The notes below the pieces were generated by a model, which saw nothing but the letters and a program-made list of their open reading frames with translations, searched no databases and was not told the DNA's origin. A stretch of 64,000 nt of DNA, taken from the NCBI GenBank assembly GCA_965233585.1, contig CBDDTI010000747.1:1009513-1073512 (forward strand). Reading direction: 5' to 3'. The DNA comes from a bacterium. Lineage in GTDB: Bacteria > SAR324 > NAC60-12. A program made the position numbers and the translations under genes. Numbering within the stretch: the first letter of the stretch is position 1; each line of letters opens with the position of its first letter. Shown piece by piece: positions 9,298-19,759 of this stretch.

Positions 9298-10416
9298 TTA
9301 AAAACGTAGGCTGACACCTATATTGAGGAGAGTGCTGCCGATTTTTTCGGTGTTGAGAAGTCTTTCTTGTTTGGAGAAAAAGCCATGTAAGCGGTAGCCT
9401 TTTAAATCATCAAAAGGGAAGATTTCTACACCAATGGTAGAGCTGTTAAATTCTTCCCGTTTCTCTAGTTGAATGGCATCAATAGACCACTTGACAAAAG
9501 GCTGGAATCGCTGCCCTTGATGTTGTGCTTTCACGACGATGGAATCTTCCTGTTCTGAATCATGGTTAATAATTTCATCTTTGTCATTCAGCTCTTTATA
9601 AGCATCTTGTTGTCTATTTAAAAAATCAAAATCAATGACTCCGTTTTGTGTTTTCAAAGATGCCCCAATAGAATAAACTCTTGATGTAAATGCTTCTTTT
9701 GTTTGAACTTTTTCGTTCTCACTATCAAGCCGAAATTCTTCTGCAGAGGGAAAGAAACCATATTGAATGACAGGTTTAAAATTCCCATCTATAAACTCTC
9801 CATACCATGCAAGATTGTATGACATGGCATATTGATTTTGATTGCCACTTGGAATCTGATTGAGCAGTTGCAAAATCAGAGTTTGTTCTTTGATTTCAGG
9901 CATGGCTTGTTTCAGATTGAGCAAAAGCGATGCGCCTACTGTGTATAAATCTTTGAGACGGTTACCGATGTGTGAATAATGAAAAACGTCAATGGGATTT
10001 TTGCTCCCTTCTATGCCACCTTGCAAGACAAACTGCTTGCCAATACGAAACTGCATGAGTTCTGAAAAGTGATGACGAAGATACCAATACTCTAATCCTA
10101 AGCTGGTGTTATCTTTTTGTTGTTGAAAATCACGATTCCATCGGACTCGCATGTGGTAGTCTATTTTTGGACTGACAGCACCCCTAAGGTTGAGGTGCGC
10201 TCGGTTGACCACAAACTGTGTGGTAGTGCCTGATGAAGAGTTGTTTTTAGAATGGTCATCACTGAAGCCTGATTGTAAATCTGTTCGGAATTCAGGTTCT
10301 AATAATAGTAATTCTTCTGCAGCCAATACAGATGTTTGAAAGGCGAGGAAACACAGTGTGCAAACAATGCGTCTGATAAGAGAGAAGCAATCTTTTTCTT
10401 GTTGCATAGTAACCAA
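9298..10416 (-). CDS. Putative outer-membrane porin
   Basis: Signal peptide, amphipathic beta pattern, FRIGKQ, C-terminal GVSLRF. Confidence 0.6.
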   Translation of the reverse strand: MVTMQQEKDCFSLIRRIVCTLCFLAFQTSVLAAEELLLLEPEFRTDLQSGFSDDHSKNNSSSGTTTQFVVNRAHLNLRGAVSPKIDYHMRVRWNRDFQQQKDNTSLGLEYWYLRHHFSELMQFRIGKQFVLQGGIEGSKNPIDVFHYSHIGNRLKDLYTVGASLLLNLKQAMPEIKEQTLILQLLNQIPSGNQNQYAMSYNLAWYGEFIDGNFKPVIQYGFFPSAEEFRLDSENEKVQTKEAFTSRVYSIGASLKTQNGVIDFDFLNRQQDAYKELNDKDEIINHDSEQEDSIVVKAQHQGQRFQPFVKWSIDAIQLEKREEFNSSTIGVEIFPFDDLKGYRLHGFFSKQERLLNTEKIGSTLLNIGVSLRF

Positions 10417-10529
10417 TTTAAACCTGTCAATCTATCATGGGATTAAGAAAGAATCCATTGAATAGTGGTGAGGGCTTATGATACGATAAGAGTTTTGCTT
10501 CATCGTTAAAGAGTGACCAAGTTTAGAAA

Positions 10530-10901
10530 ATGATTAAGGACGCATTAAGTTATTTATCACCTGATTTAGAAATTGAAGGGACTGTGATTTGCAGTGGTCC
10601 TATTCGTGTTGATTCAAAGATACGGGGAAAAATAGAGTCAAAGCAGCAAGTCAACATTGGCACTCCTGCTTTAATTCAAGGACCGATTCGGGCAAAAACA
10701 GTAGTCGTAAATGGCACAGTCAAAGGAGATTTGCATATTTCAGAAACGGTTGCGATTCTTTCACAAGCCAAAGTTGAAGGAGACATTTATGTCCCCGAAG
10801 GCGGGTTGTCTGTTGTGAAAGGAAGCAGAATTGAAGGAAGATTGAAGATAGGTTTTCCAAAAATTCCTAAACTAAAATCTATGCAACAGTCTGGCGTGTA
10901 G
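10530..10901 (+). CDS. Bactofilin (polymer-forming cytoskeletal protein)
   Basis: IEGTV/IRVD/VVVNGTVKGDL/AKVEGDI beta-helix pattern. Confidence 0.88.
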   Translation: MIKDALSYLSPDLEIEGTVICSGPIRVDSKIRGKIESKQQVNIGTPALIQGPIRAKTVVVNGTVKGDLHISETVAILSQAKVEGDIYVPEGGLSVVKGSRIEGRLKIGFPKIPKLKSMQQSGV

Positions 10902-11499
10902 GACTTGGAGCATTGGCAGCTTTGATTGCACTGGCAGCTTGTGCTGTCTTAATCTTCTGCATGGCTATATTTTCAGGCTTGATTTCTGCGGGCTTTTCAG
11001 CCTCCACTTTCTGATGAGTCGCAGGCTGGTCTTTTGCTGTTTCATTTGATTGAGGTGAATATGTTGCTTTTGGCTTGTCCTGCATAAACTCCATGAATTT
11101 AGGGTTTTTTAGGAGAGCAAGAGTTTCTTCTTTTGTCTCGTCATTAAGCAAACCTTCTTTAATTTTAGGTGCAAAATCTTCCACCTTTTCAATATCCAAA
11201 TCCTCCACAGCATCAAGTTCTAAAATTTGCTCACGTTCTTGGTCTGTCACTTCTTTAAGCCTTCTTTCTATGGCAGCTGAAAAAATATCAACGGCTTTTT
11301 CTTTCAAAGCTGGGTCGCCTTCTATATTTTCAATGCGTGAAAGCACTTTGGCATATGCAGAGGTTTGTTCTGTTTTTTCTCCTTTCTCACTGCCTTGGGC
11401 TTGAGCTGTGTTGACCTGAGGTTTCTTGACCTGTGCCTCTTCAGATTTGACTGTGCGTTGTTCTAAACGTGGTTGTACAGTTTGAGCTTGAACCTGCAT
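10879..11499 (-). CDS. Hypothetical protein, K/E/A/Q-rich
   Basis: 206-aa ORF with AAGGAG RBS upstream. Confidence 0.6.
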   Translation of the reverse strand: MQVQAQTVQPRLEQRTVKSEEAQVKKPQVNTAQAQGSEKGEKTEQTSAYAKVLSRIENIEGDPALKEKAVDIFSAAIERRLKEVTDQEREQILELDAVEDLDIEKVEDFAPKIKEGLLNDETKEETLALLKNPKFMEFMQDKPKATYSPQSNETAKDQPATHQKVEAEKPAEIKPENIAMQKIKTAQAASAIKAANAPSPTRQTVA

Positions 11500-11759
11500 G
11501 GAACTCCTTTTGTTAAATCAATTTTTCACTATGGATAACTAGCCTAAAGTCATTCAATAATGATGCCAATGTCTGAAAATTTGATGATTGATGATGAATC
11601 ACGAATCTTTAAACTTGTAAAAGTTTGAAGGATTTGCTTTCGGCATTTGAAAACTTGACTCAATCATTTCTTTCTTGTACATGTTTTGCTGTCTTTAAAA
11701 TTAAGAGTGATTTATGTTATTTATAAAAAAGCGTCAATATTATGTAAAATAATTTTAAA

Positions 11760-12176
11760 TTGAAAAAAAAAGAGAAAACAGAAATAATAGAAAAATTAAT
11801 ACAAAAGACCAAAATGAAATCACACAAAATCAATAACAACAACTACTTCATTTTTGACAAAGATTTAAAAGATCAAAAACTTCATTTCTTGTGGGGTAAA
11901 TTTGACTTTCGCATCAAATTTCGTTCCGTAGAAGATAGAAAGCAAGCACAATATCAAGACCATGCTGGAAACTTCTTTGCAATGGACTATTTGGAAGGAT
12001 TTTTAAAAAAGCAATGGCATCGCTTTGAACGTGTGACAGGACATGGCTTTACTTTTGAGGAAACTTGTTGGAGTTTTGATGGAAGTTTGTTCTATGTAGA
12101 ATTACCCAAAAATTTGAAACGAGCCGCAATGGAACTGGCAGCAATAGAATTTGATTGGGAATCAACTCAATCTTGA
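11760..12176 (+). CDS. Hypothetical protein (start may be ATG 11814)
   Basis: ORF whose stop overlaps the clpB start (TGATG). Confidence 0.55.
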   Translation: MKKKEKTEIIEKLIQKTKMKSHKINNNNYFIFDKDLKDQKLHFLWGKFDFRIKFRSVEDRKQAQYQDHAGNFFAMDYLEGFLKKQWHRFERVTGHGFTFEETCWSFDGSLFYVELPKNLKRAAMELAAIEFDWESTQS

Positions 12177-14647
12177 TGATACCACACCGCCTTTCTCCTC
12201 TTGCCCAAGAGGCATGGCAATCTGCCAAACAAAATTCATCTTCTGCCTTACAACCAGAACAACTTGCGATCGCGTTGCTTCAGCAACAAGAATCATTGCT
12301 GATTCCTTTCCTACAACTCACTGCGAAAGATATTTCTCATTTAATTGATGATTTAGAACTTTCTTTAAAGGCTTTGCACCCTTCAAAAGACTCAGGATTT
12401 TCTGACGAACTTCAAACTCTTCTTTCTCAAAACCAAGATGAATTAATCACTCCAGAAGTTTTATTTTTGAAGATTGTCAACATCTCTCGCTTACAAAAAC
12501 TTTTTGAAAAACATGGCATTTTTGCAAATGAGCTTCAGCAAAAAATTACTCAAACCAATTATCAGCAGCATTCTGGAGTCCAAGATGTTTTTCAACTGTA
12601 TTGTGTAGATTTAGTTGAACTTGCCAAACTGGAAAAATTTGACCCCGTCATCAGCAGAGAAAAAGAACTCAAACGTGTCATTCAAATTCTTTGCAGACGT
12701 TATAAAAACAATCCACTTTTGTTAGGAGACCCTGGAGTTGGAAAAACCGCCATTGTGGAAGGTTTGGCGTGTAAGATTGCATCAGGTAAAGCACCAGAGA
12801 CGTTAAAAAACAAACGTCTTTTAAGTTTGGACATTGGTGCATTGATAGCGGGGGCTTCCTATCGTGGAGAGTTTGAAGACCGTCTGAAAAAACTGATTAA
12901 GGCACTAGAAAACGACGAGGGTGAAACATTGTTGTTCATTGATGAATTTCAAACCTTGATGGGAGCTGGTAAAACTGATGGTGGTATTGATGCTGTCAAT
13001 TTGTTCAAGCCTGCTTTGGCACGTGGAAAATTGAGGTGCATCGGGGCAACAACTTTTGACGACTTCAAACAAATTGCAACAAATACTGCTCTGACAAGAC
13101 GTTTTCAACAGGTCATGATTGTTGAACCAGATTTTGAAGCGTCTCTTGAAATCCTACGAGGTTTGAAACCTAGATATGAATCGCATCACAGCATCAAAAT
13201 CAAAGATGAAGCTCTTGTTTCATCTATTCGGCTTTCACAAAGGTATCTACCTGAACGTCAGTTACCTGATAAAGCGATTGATTTGATTGATGAAGCCTCT
13301 GCTAACTTAAAAATTCAAAGAGAATCACCTCCTGAAGAACTCACACAACTCAATGAGCAGATTGCATCGTTGGAAGCCAAACCGCTCTCCAAAATTGAAG
13401 AAAAGCATCATTTGCAAGAATTGCGAGAACGTCAAGAATCGTTACAAAAAATTTGGAATGACGAGCTGGCACATCGTTTGGAACTTCAAAAACTTAAAAA
13501 TAAACTAGAACAAGTCAAGCATCAAGAAAAGATTGCCCAACAAAATAAAGATTTTGAACTTGCTGCCAAACTTCGTTATGAAACTTTAGAGACTTTAGAA
13601 AGTCAGCTTGACTCACATCAAGCCAAGCAACCCCGTTTTGCATTTAAGGAGTTTGTGGAACAAGAAGACATTGCCCAAATTATTTCAGAATGGAGCAGTG
13701 TGCCAATTTCAAAAATTTTAGATACAGAACAAGCAAAACTGACACAGATGGAACAAGCGTTGGAGTCCAGAATTGTAGGACAAAGAGAAGCTGTTTTGGC
13801 AGTTTCTAACGCCATTCGCAGAGCAAGGGCTGGTGTTCAAGACCCAAACCGTCCCATCGGGTCGTTCATTTTTTTAGGTGTTTCTGGTGTTGGAAAAACG
13901 GAACTGGCACGTTCGCTGGCAGAATATCTTTTTGATGATGAAAAAGCCTTAATCCGCTTTGACATGTCTGAATATATGGAACGTTATTCTGCAACCCGTT
14001 TGATTGGCGCACCTCCGGGATATGTTGGGTTTGAGTCTGGAGGAGAATTGACAGAGATCATTAAACGCAAGCCATATGCTGTCATTTTGTTTGATGAAAT
14101 TGAAAAAGCACACCCTGATATTTTTAACCTGTTCTTACAAATCCTTGATGATGGCAGACTGACAGACACCAAAGGTCGTAGTGTCCGATTCAATGATACG
14201 TTAATCATTATGACCACCAACCTTGGCAGTGACCAACTACTGAACATGCAACAAAATCAAACGGCTCAAGATGTGGCACAGACGATTGAACAAGAACTTT
14301 TTACACATTTTAAACCAGAGTTTTTAAATAGGATTGATGAAATCATTGCATTCAATCGTTTGGGGGTTCATGCCTTTGAAAAAATTGTGAGGATTCAGCT
14401 GGAAGGCATTCAAAAAAGGTTAGCTGAACAAAACAGAAGTATTGAGTTTCAAGACAGCATTAGACACGAACTTGCTAAAAAAACGGCTCGTTCACCGCTT
14501 GGAGCTAGACCTTTGAAACGTATGATTCAAAGAGAGATTCTTGACCCCATTGCCTCTAAAATTATTGATGGTAGCTTCCCGCAAGAACAAACTTTATATG
14601 TGAGGTGGGAAGATGGTTTATTTTATTTTGATTTGGAGAAGAAATGA
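12176..14647 (+). CDS. clpB: ATP-dependent chaperone ClpB
   Basis: Two AAA+ modules (GDPGVGKT, GVSGVGKT), M-domain coiled coil, RLIGAPPGYVG, GARPLKR. Confidence 0.93.
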   Translation: MIPHRLSPLAQEAWQSAKQNSSSALQPEQLAIALLQQQESLLIPFLQLTAKDISHLIDDLELSLKALHPSKDSGFSDELQTLLSQNQDELITPEVLFLKIVNISRLQKLFEKHGIFANELQQKITQTNYQQHSGVQDVFQLYCVDLVELAKLEKFDPVISREKELKRVIQILCRRYKNNPLLLGDPGVGKTAIVEGLACKIASGKAPETLKNKRLLSLDIGALIAGASYRGEFEDRLKKLIKALENDEGETLLFIDEFQTLMGAGKTDGGIDAVNLFKPALARGKLRCIGATTFDDFKQIATNTALTRRFQQVMIVEPDFEASLEILRGLKPRYESHHSIKIKDEALVSSIRLSQRYLPERQLPDKAIDLIDEASANLKIQRESPPEELTQLNEQIASLEAKPLSKIEEKHHLQELRERQESLQKIWNDELAHRLELQKLKNKLEQVKHQEKIAQQNKDFELAAKLRYETLETLESQLDSHQAKQPRFAFKEFVEQEDIAQIISEWSSVPISKILDTEQAKLTQMEQALESRIVGQREAVLAVSNAIRRARAGVQDPNRPIGSFIFLGVSGVGKTELARSLAEYLFDDEKALIRFDMSEYMERYSATRLIGAPPGYVGFESGGELTEIIKRKPYAVILFDEIEKAHPDIFNLFLQILDDGRLTDTKGRSVRFNDTLIIMTTNLGSDQLLNMQQNQTAQDVAQTIEQELFTHFKPEFLNRIDEIIAFNRLGVHAFEKIVRIQLEGIQKRLAEQNRSIEFQDSIRHELAKKTARSPLGARPLKRMIQREILDPIASKIIDGSFPQEQTLYVRWEDGLFYFDLEKK

Positions 14648-15246
14648 CAAACATTTTATGGCATGTGCATGACCCCATGTGTTCTTGGTGCTGGGGTTTC
14701 AAAAAAACTTGGGAGACAGTCAAAAGTCGGTTGCCAGACTCTGTGATTGTGAAAAATCTTGTTGGTGGACTTGCACCAGATAGTGACGTTCCCATGCCTG
14801 AACAAACAAAACAGTACTTACAAAACGCATGGCACAATGTGGCACGAACAACAGGTGCGACATTTAATTTTGACTTTTGGACGCAGAATATTCCCAGACG
14901 TTCTACTTATCCTGCATGCCGTGCTGTGATTGCCGCATCAAAACAGCATGCAGAAGAAGCTATGATTGAAGCCATTCAGCATGCTTATTATTTGCAGGCA
15001 AAAAATCCTTCTGATTTGGAAACTTTGGTGGCTTGTGCAGAACAATTAGGTTTGGACTTAGAAAAGTTTCAAAGTGATATAGCCAATGCAGATGAAGAAT
15101 TTCAAAACCAGATACAAAAAGCACAACAACTTGGAACACAAGGATTCCCTTCTCTTATCTTGGAGACACCAAGTCAGATGACTCAGATTGCCATTCACTA
15201 TACAGACCCAGATTTAATAATCAAGCAAATCATCAAAAATCTATGA
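14644..15246 (+). CDS. DsbA-family thioredoxin-fold protein
   Basis: DPMCSWCWGF CxxC motif, GFPSL cis-Pro motif. Confidence 0.88.
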   Translation: MTNILWHVHDPMCSWCWGFKKTWETVKSRLPDSVIVKNLVGGLAPDSDVPMPEQTKQYLQNAWHNVARTTGATFNFDFWTQNIPRRSTYPACRAVIAASKQHAEEAMIEAIQHAYYLQAKNPSDLETLVACAEQLGLDLEKFQSDIANADEEFQNQIQKAQQLGTQGFPSLILETPSQMTQIAIHYTDPDLIIKQIIKNL

Positions 15247-15260
15247 GTGGACATCAAGTT

Positions 15261-16043
15261 TTAAAGGTCTCTTTTGGGAGAGAATAAGAACTTTGTGCAA
15301 GGCTTCTTGTCATTTAAAGAATCAATCACAAAGTTGTTATTCATTCCATTGACAATCCACATTTCAACATGATGTTTTTTGCAAATTTCTGCAGCTTGAA
15401 TTTTTGAGGTCATACCTCCTGTTCCCAAAGCTGATTCTTTTTCTTGTACAAAAGATGAAATTTGTCCGAGGTCGGTAATGGTGTGTAAAAGTTTTGCTTG
15501 TGAATAAAGATGAGGGTTTTGGTCATAAACTCCATCAATGTCTGATGCAAGGATTAGCAAATCTGCATGTACAACAGAAGCCACAAACGCAGAAAGTTTG
15601 TCATTGTCTCCCAAGATGATTTCCTCATAAGACACAGTGTCGTTCTCATTGACAATGGGAATATACCCATGTTGCACCAACTTTAACAACGTGTTTTGAG
15701 TATTCAACTTGGAGTGTTCATTTTCAAATGCCATGTATGTCATCAAACATTGCGCAATCTTTAACCCGAAGCTACTAAAAACTTCGTCATAAAGAAGCAT
15801 CAATTTAGGCTGTCCAATGGCAGCCATCGCTTGCTTTGAATTGATTTGCTCATCAAGCCCGCTTATGTCCACAAATTGCCTAGCTGCTGCAATGGCGCCA
15901 GAAGAAACGATGATGATGTCGTAGTCTTCTTGCAAGGTGATAATCTGCCTTGCAAGGTCTTCTAGTTTTGCATAGGAAAAACGATTTGTGCCAGCTGTGA
16001 GGGTCGCTGTTCCCATTTTGATGACAAGTCGTTTTTTGGTCAT
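15261..16043 (-). CDS. proB: Glutamate 5-kinase (short form, no PUA domain)
   Basis: VIKMGT, VSSGAIAA, PIVNEND, GDNDKLSA, GTGGMTSK. Confidence 0.95.
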   Translation of the reverse strand: MTKKRLVIKMGTATLTAGTNRFSYAKLEDLARQIITLQEDYDIIIVSSGAIAAARQFVDISGLDEQINSKQAMAAIGQPKLMLLYDEVFSSFGLKIAQCLMTYMAFENEHSKLNTQNTLLKLVQHGYIPIVNENDTVSYEEIILGDNDKLSAFVASVVHADLLILASDIDGVYDQNPHLYSQAKLLHTITDLGQISSFVQEKESALGTGGMTSKIQAAEICKKHHVEMWIVNGMNNNFVIDSLNDKKPCTKFLFSPKRDL

Positions 16044-17227
16044 GTTCTGATTTGACCAGTACCACAAATCAGCCATTTGTTGGTGACGAGCTGATTAATT
16101 CCAATAGGTCCTCTAAAATGGAGCTTTTGCGTACTGATTGCCATTTCTGCACCCAAACCGAATTGAGAACCATCGGTAAATCGTGTTGAGACGTTATGAA
16201 AAACCGCAGCACAATCTACATGAGTTTGAAAATGCTTGGCAGTTTGGTCATTGTAAGTGATGATGCAGGCAGAATGTCCCCCTGAATGCTTGTTAATTGT
16301 TGCAATGGCTTCATCAACACTTGGTACCATCACCAACAGCATTTTTGCTGATAAAAATTCTTCTGATAGTATTGCTGAATTTTGTATTTCTTGCACATCT
16401 GTTTTGAACTGACGAATAGTTTCATCTCCTATGATTTCTATGTTATGTTCCCGCAAAGCATCAATTAATTTGACAACTTGAGTCTTCAGATTGGGTAAGT
16501 CAGTATGAATTAACACCTTATCTAAAGCATTGCAAACACTGATGCGTTGTTTGCCATTCACAATCACCTGAATTGCCATCTCAAAATCAGAATTTGAATC
16601 AACATACAAAAAATTATTTCCACGTCCACTCACTAAAACAGGAACAGTCGCATATTCATTGACAAAGTCAATCAAACTATCTCCCCCTCTTGGCACAATC
16701 AAATCAACATGATATGTATTGTGTTTGATCAATTCTTGTGTCTGGATTCGGTCTAAACGAAGATATTGAATGTAATTTAAATCTACTTGATGCTTTGCCA
16801 GTGCTTCATGCCAAAGTTTTACAAGAAATAAATTAGTATGAACAGCTTCTTTGCCTCCTTTCAGTAAAACTTGATTCCCTGCTTTAAATGCTGTGATGGC
16901 GGCTTCAATGGTGACGTCAGGTCGTGATTCGTAGATAATCAACAGCTTGCCAAAGGGCACTGTTCTGTTTTCAACAGAAAAACCGTTTTCATGCTGAAAT
17001 GAATATAAAACTTGTGATTCTGGGTCTTCAGAGTCAACCACTTGTTTAACAGACTTTACCATGCCCTCTATTTTTTCAAAGCTGACTTCTAACCTTTCCA
17101 AAAGTGAAGGGTCAATCTGCTGACAATTCAATAAATCTTTTTTGTTTTCTTCAAGAATCTCATGCTTATTTTCAACGATGAGCGATGCCAAGTCATTGAG
17201 AACCTTGTTTTTGATGAGGGTGTCCAT
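16040..17227 (-). CDS. proA: Gamma-glutamyl phosphate reductase
   Basis: IIYESRPDVT, LIVPRGG, VCNAL, NVSTRFTDG..FGLGAEMAISTQKLH.RGP. Confidence 0.95.
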   Translation of the reverse strand: MDTLIKNKVLNDLASLIVENKHEILEENKKDLLNCQQIDPSLLERLEVSFEKIEGMVKSVKQVVDSEDPESQVLYSFQHENGFSVENRTVPFGKLLIIYESRPDVTIEAAITAFKAGNQVLLKGGKEAVHTNLFLVKLWHEALAKHQVDLNYIQYLRLDRIQTQELIKHNTYHVDLIVPRGGDSLIDFVNEYATVPVLVSGRGNNFLYVDSNSDFEMAIQVIVNGKQRISVCNALDKVLIHTDLPNLKTQVVKLIDALREHNIEIIGDETIRQFKTDVQEIQNSAILSEEFLSAKMLLVMVPSVDEAIATINKHSGGHSACIITYNDQTAKHFQTHVDCAAVFHNVSTRFTDGSQFGLGAEMAISTQKLHFRGPIGINQLVTNKWLICGTGQIRT

Positions 17228-17258
17228 ATTTTAGTAAAAATATTTATTTTAAGAAGAA

Positions 17259-18086
17259 TTACACAGAATATAAACCGTGTTGTTTATGTTCCATGACGGA
17301 AATACCTTGCCGAATTTTGTCTAAATAATTCAGATCAATTTCTGCTGTAATCATACATGGTTGCTCTGATGCACATGCAATCACTTTCCCCCAGGGGTCA
17401 ACAACAACTGAATTGCCATAAGAACATCTTGTTCCATAATGCACCCCATATTGTGCAGCAGCGATGACGTAAGATTGCGTTTCAATGGCTCTTGCCCTGA
17501 GTAAAGTGATCCAGTGGTCTTTGCCTGTTTCTAAAAAGAATGCGGCAGGCACTAGGAAGATTTGAGATCCTTTTTCTCGTAATGCTTGGTAAAGCGATGG
17601 AAAACGTAAGTCATAACAAATGGTTGAGCCAACCCGACCAAGCGAAGAGTCAAAGACTGTTAAGGTCTGACCTGAAACGATGCTACTAGATTCTAAATGT
17701 TGCAAATTATCTGTGCGAATGTCGCATAAATGGATTTTGCGATACACGCCAAGAATCTCGCCATTGGCTTCAATAAAGACAGAGGTGTTATAAAGTTTGT
17801 TGGGTACGTCTGTTATTTTTTCATAAAACGAGCCCATGGCGATTGCGATGGAATACTTGGAAGCATATTCTTGGAATTGCTGAACCAATTCTCCTTCAAG
17901 CGTTTGTGCTGTCTCAAATTTTGTCTCCTGACATTCTCCTAAATAATGGAACATTTCAGGTAGTGCGATTAAAGCAGACCCACAACTTTTAGCATGTTCA
18001 ATAAAACTTTTTGCTTGCTTCAAGTTTTCAGAAACGTCTGATGTGGAACACATCTGCCCAACGCTTACTAAATAATTTGATGTCAT
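17259..18086 (-). CDS. Carbon-nitrogen hydrolase (Nit1/deaminated-glutathione-amidase-like)
   Basis: E-K-C triad: LPEM, YRKIHL, ICYDLRFP; LLRARAIETQ. Confidence 0.88.
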   Translation of the reverse strand: MTSNYLVSVGQMCSTSDVSENLKQAKSFIEHAKSCGSALIALPEMFHYLGECQETKFETAQTLEGELVQQFQEYASKYSIAIAMGSFYEKITDVPNKLYNTSVFIEANGEILGVYRKIHLCDIRTDNLQHLESSSIVSGQTLTVFDSSLGRVGSTICYDLRFPSLYQALREKGSQIFLVPAAFFLETGKDHWITLLRARAIETQSYVIAAAQYGVHYGTRCSYGNSVVVDPWGKVIACASEQPCMITAEIDLNYLDKIRQGISVMEHKQHGLYSV

Positions 18087-18255
18087 ACGAAAAATCTATT
18101 TTGAAGTAAAAAATACACCTAGTTGAGAATGTACAAAAGCCATTCATTGTATCTTATGCCAACGGATTTAGCCAGTTCTAAATGGACTCTGACAAAAATT
18201 GATTTTCTTGTCAAATGAAGATAGACTGGAGGGTTTACCTTTGAATAGGAGTTTT

Positions 18256-19737
18256 ATGCTTGACGAAAGTTTAGAAAAAGGATTGACATTTGATGATGTT
18301 TTGCTGGTGCCTGATTACTCTGATATTCAACCCAATAAAACCGATATTTCTAGTCGCTTAACAAAAAATTTAACGCTCAAATTGCCGCTGGTTAGTGCAG
18401 CAATGGATACTGTAACAGAATATGAGGTCGCAGTTTGCATGGCACAAGAAGGTGGCATTGGAATCATTCACAAAAATATGAGCATTCAGGAGCAAGTGGG
18501 ACAAGTAGAACGGGTCAAACGTTCAGAAAGTGGTATGATTGTAAACCCCATTTCTATTGAACCAGAACGCCCTATCTTGGAAGCAAAAGCATTGATGGAT
18601 CGCTATCGTATTTCTGGAGTTCCCGTCACAAAATCTCATCAGCTCGTGGGAATTTTGACCAATCGTGATATTCGCTTCTTAGATGACTATTTACAGCCTG
18701 TTGAAAATGTCATGACCAAAGGCAAAGACAAATTGATTACTATCACAGGCAAAATTTCCCTAGAAGATGCCAGACGTATTTTGCAAGAAAATCGGATTGA
18801 AAAATTACCTGTGGTCAATGAACACTATGAATTGACAGGTTTGATTACCATTAAAGATATTGAAAAGAAACGAAAGCATCCTCATGCAAACAAGGATCAT
18901 TCAGGACGTTTGTGTGTTGGTGCTGCAGTCGGTGTGCAAAATGCGCTAGAACATACTCAAGCTCTGGTGGATGCACAAGTAGATGTGATTGTGATTGATT
19001 CTGCTCATGGACATTCTCAAGGAGTAATTGATGCTGTGAATCAAATTCGTTCTACTTTTCCAGATTTAGAAATGATTGCAGGTAATGTCGTCACTCCAGA
19101 AGCGGCAGAGGCTCTAATTCAGGCAGGAGCAACAGGAATTAAAGTTGGTGTCGGTCCGGGGTCTATTTGCACAACTCGTATCATTTCAGGGGTTGGAGTT
19201 CCTCAGTTAAGTGCAATCAAAAATACATTGCGTGTGACACAAAAATATGATGTTCCTATTATTTCTGATGGTGGAGTCAAATTTTCAGGAGATATTGCCA
19301 AAGCGATTGCAGCAGGCGCTCATTGTGTGATGGTCGGAAGCCTTCTTGCCGGGACTTCAGAAAGTCCGGGTAAAGTGATTTTGTATCAAGGCAGACGTTA
19401 CAAATCTTATCGTGGCATGGGGTCGCTTGGAGCAATGAAAGCCGAGGGGGGAAAAGAACGATATTTTCAGAGTGGTGAAAAACGTTCTAAATTAGTTCCC
19501 GAAGGTGTGGAGGGACGTGTTCCCTATCGGGGACCTTTGTCTGATACACTTTATCAATTAGCAGGGGGTTTGCGTTCTGGTATGGGTTACACAGGTTCTC
19601 GTACAATTGAGGATTTGAGGCAAGGCTCAAGGTTTATGCAAATCACATCTGCAACTTTACGAGAAAATCATGTACACGATGTCTTCATTGTGGAGGAAGC
19701 TCCAAACTATCCTGCAGACCATGCAACTGAAACATAA
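18256..19737 (+). CDS. guaB: IMP dehydrogenase
   Basis: LTFDDVLL, CBS pair, KVGVGPGSICTTR, YRGMGS; AGGAG RBS. Confidence 0.98.
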   Translation: MLDESLEKGLTFDDVLLVPDYSDIQPNKTDISSRLTKNLTLKLPLVSAAMDTVTEYEVAVCMAQEGGIGIIHKNMSIQEQVGQVERVKRSESGMIVNPISIEPERPILEAKALMDRYRISGVPVTKSHQLVGILTNRDIRFLDDYLQPVENVMTKGKDKLITITGKISLEDARRILQENRIEKLPVVNEHYELTGLITIKDIEKKRKHPHANKDHSGRLCVGAAVGVQNALEHTQALVDAQVDVIVIDSAHGHSQGVIDAVNQIRSTFPDLEMIAGNVVTPEAAEALIQAGATGIKVGVGPGSICTTRIISGVGVPQLSAIKNTLRVTQKYDVPIISDGGVKFSGDIAKAIAAGAHCVMVGSLLAGTSESPGKVILYQGRRYKSYRGMGSLGAMKAEGGKERYFQSGEKRSKLVPEGVEGRVPYRGPLSDTLYQLAGGLRSGMGYTGSRTIEDLRQGSRFMQITSATLRENHVHDVFIVEEAPNYPADHATET

Positions 19738-19759
19738 CAATTCTACAAACCCACATTCT

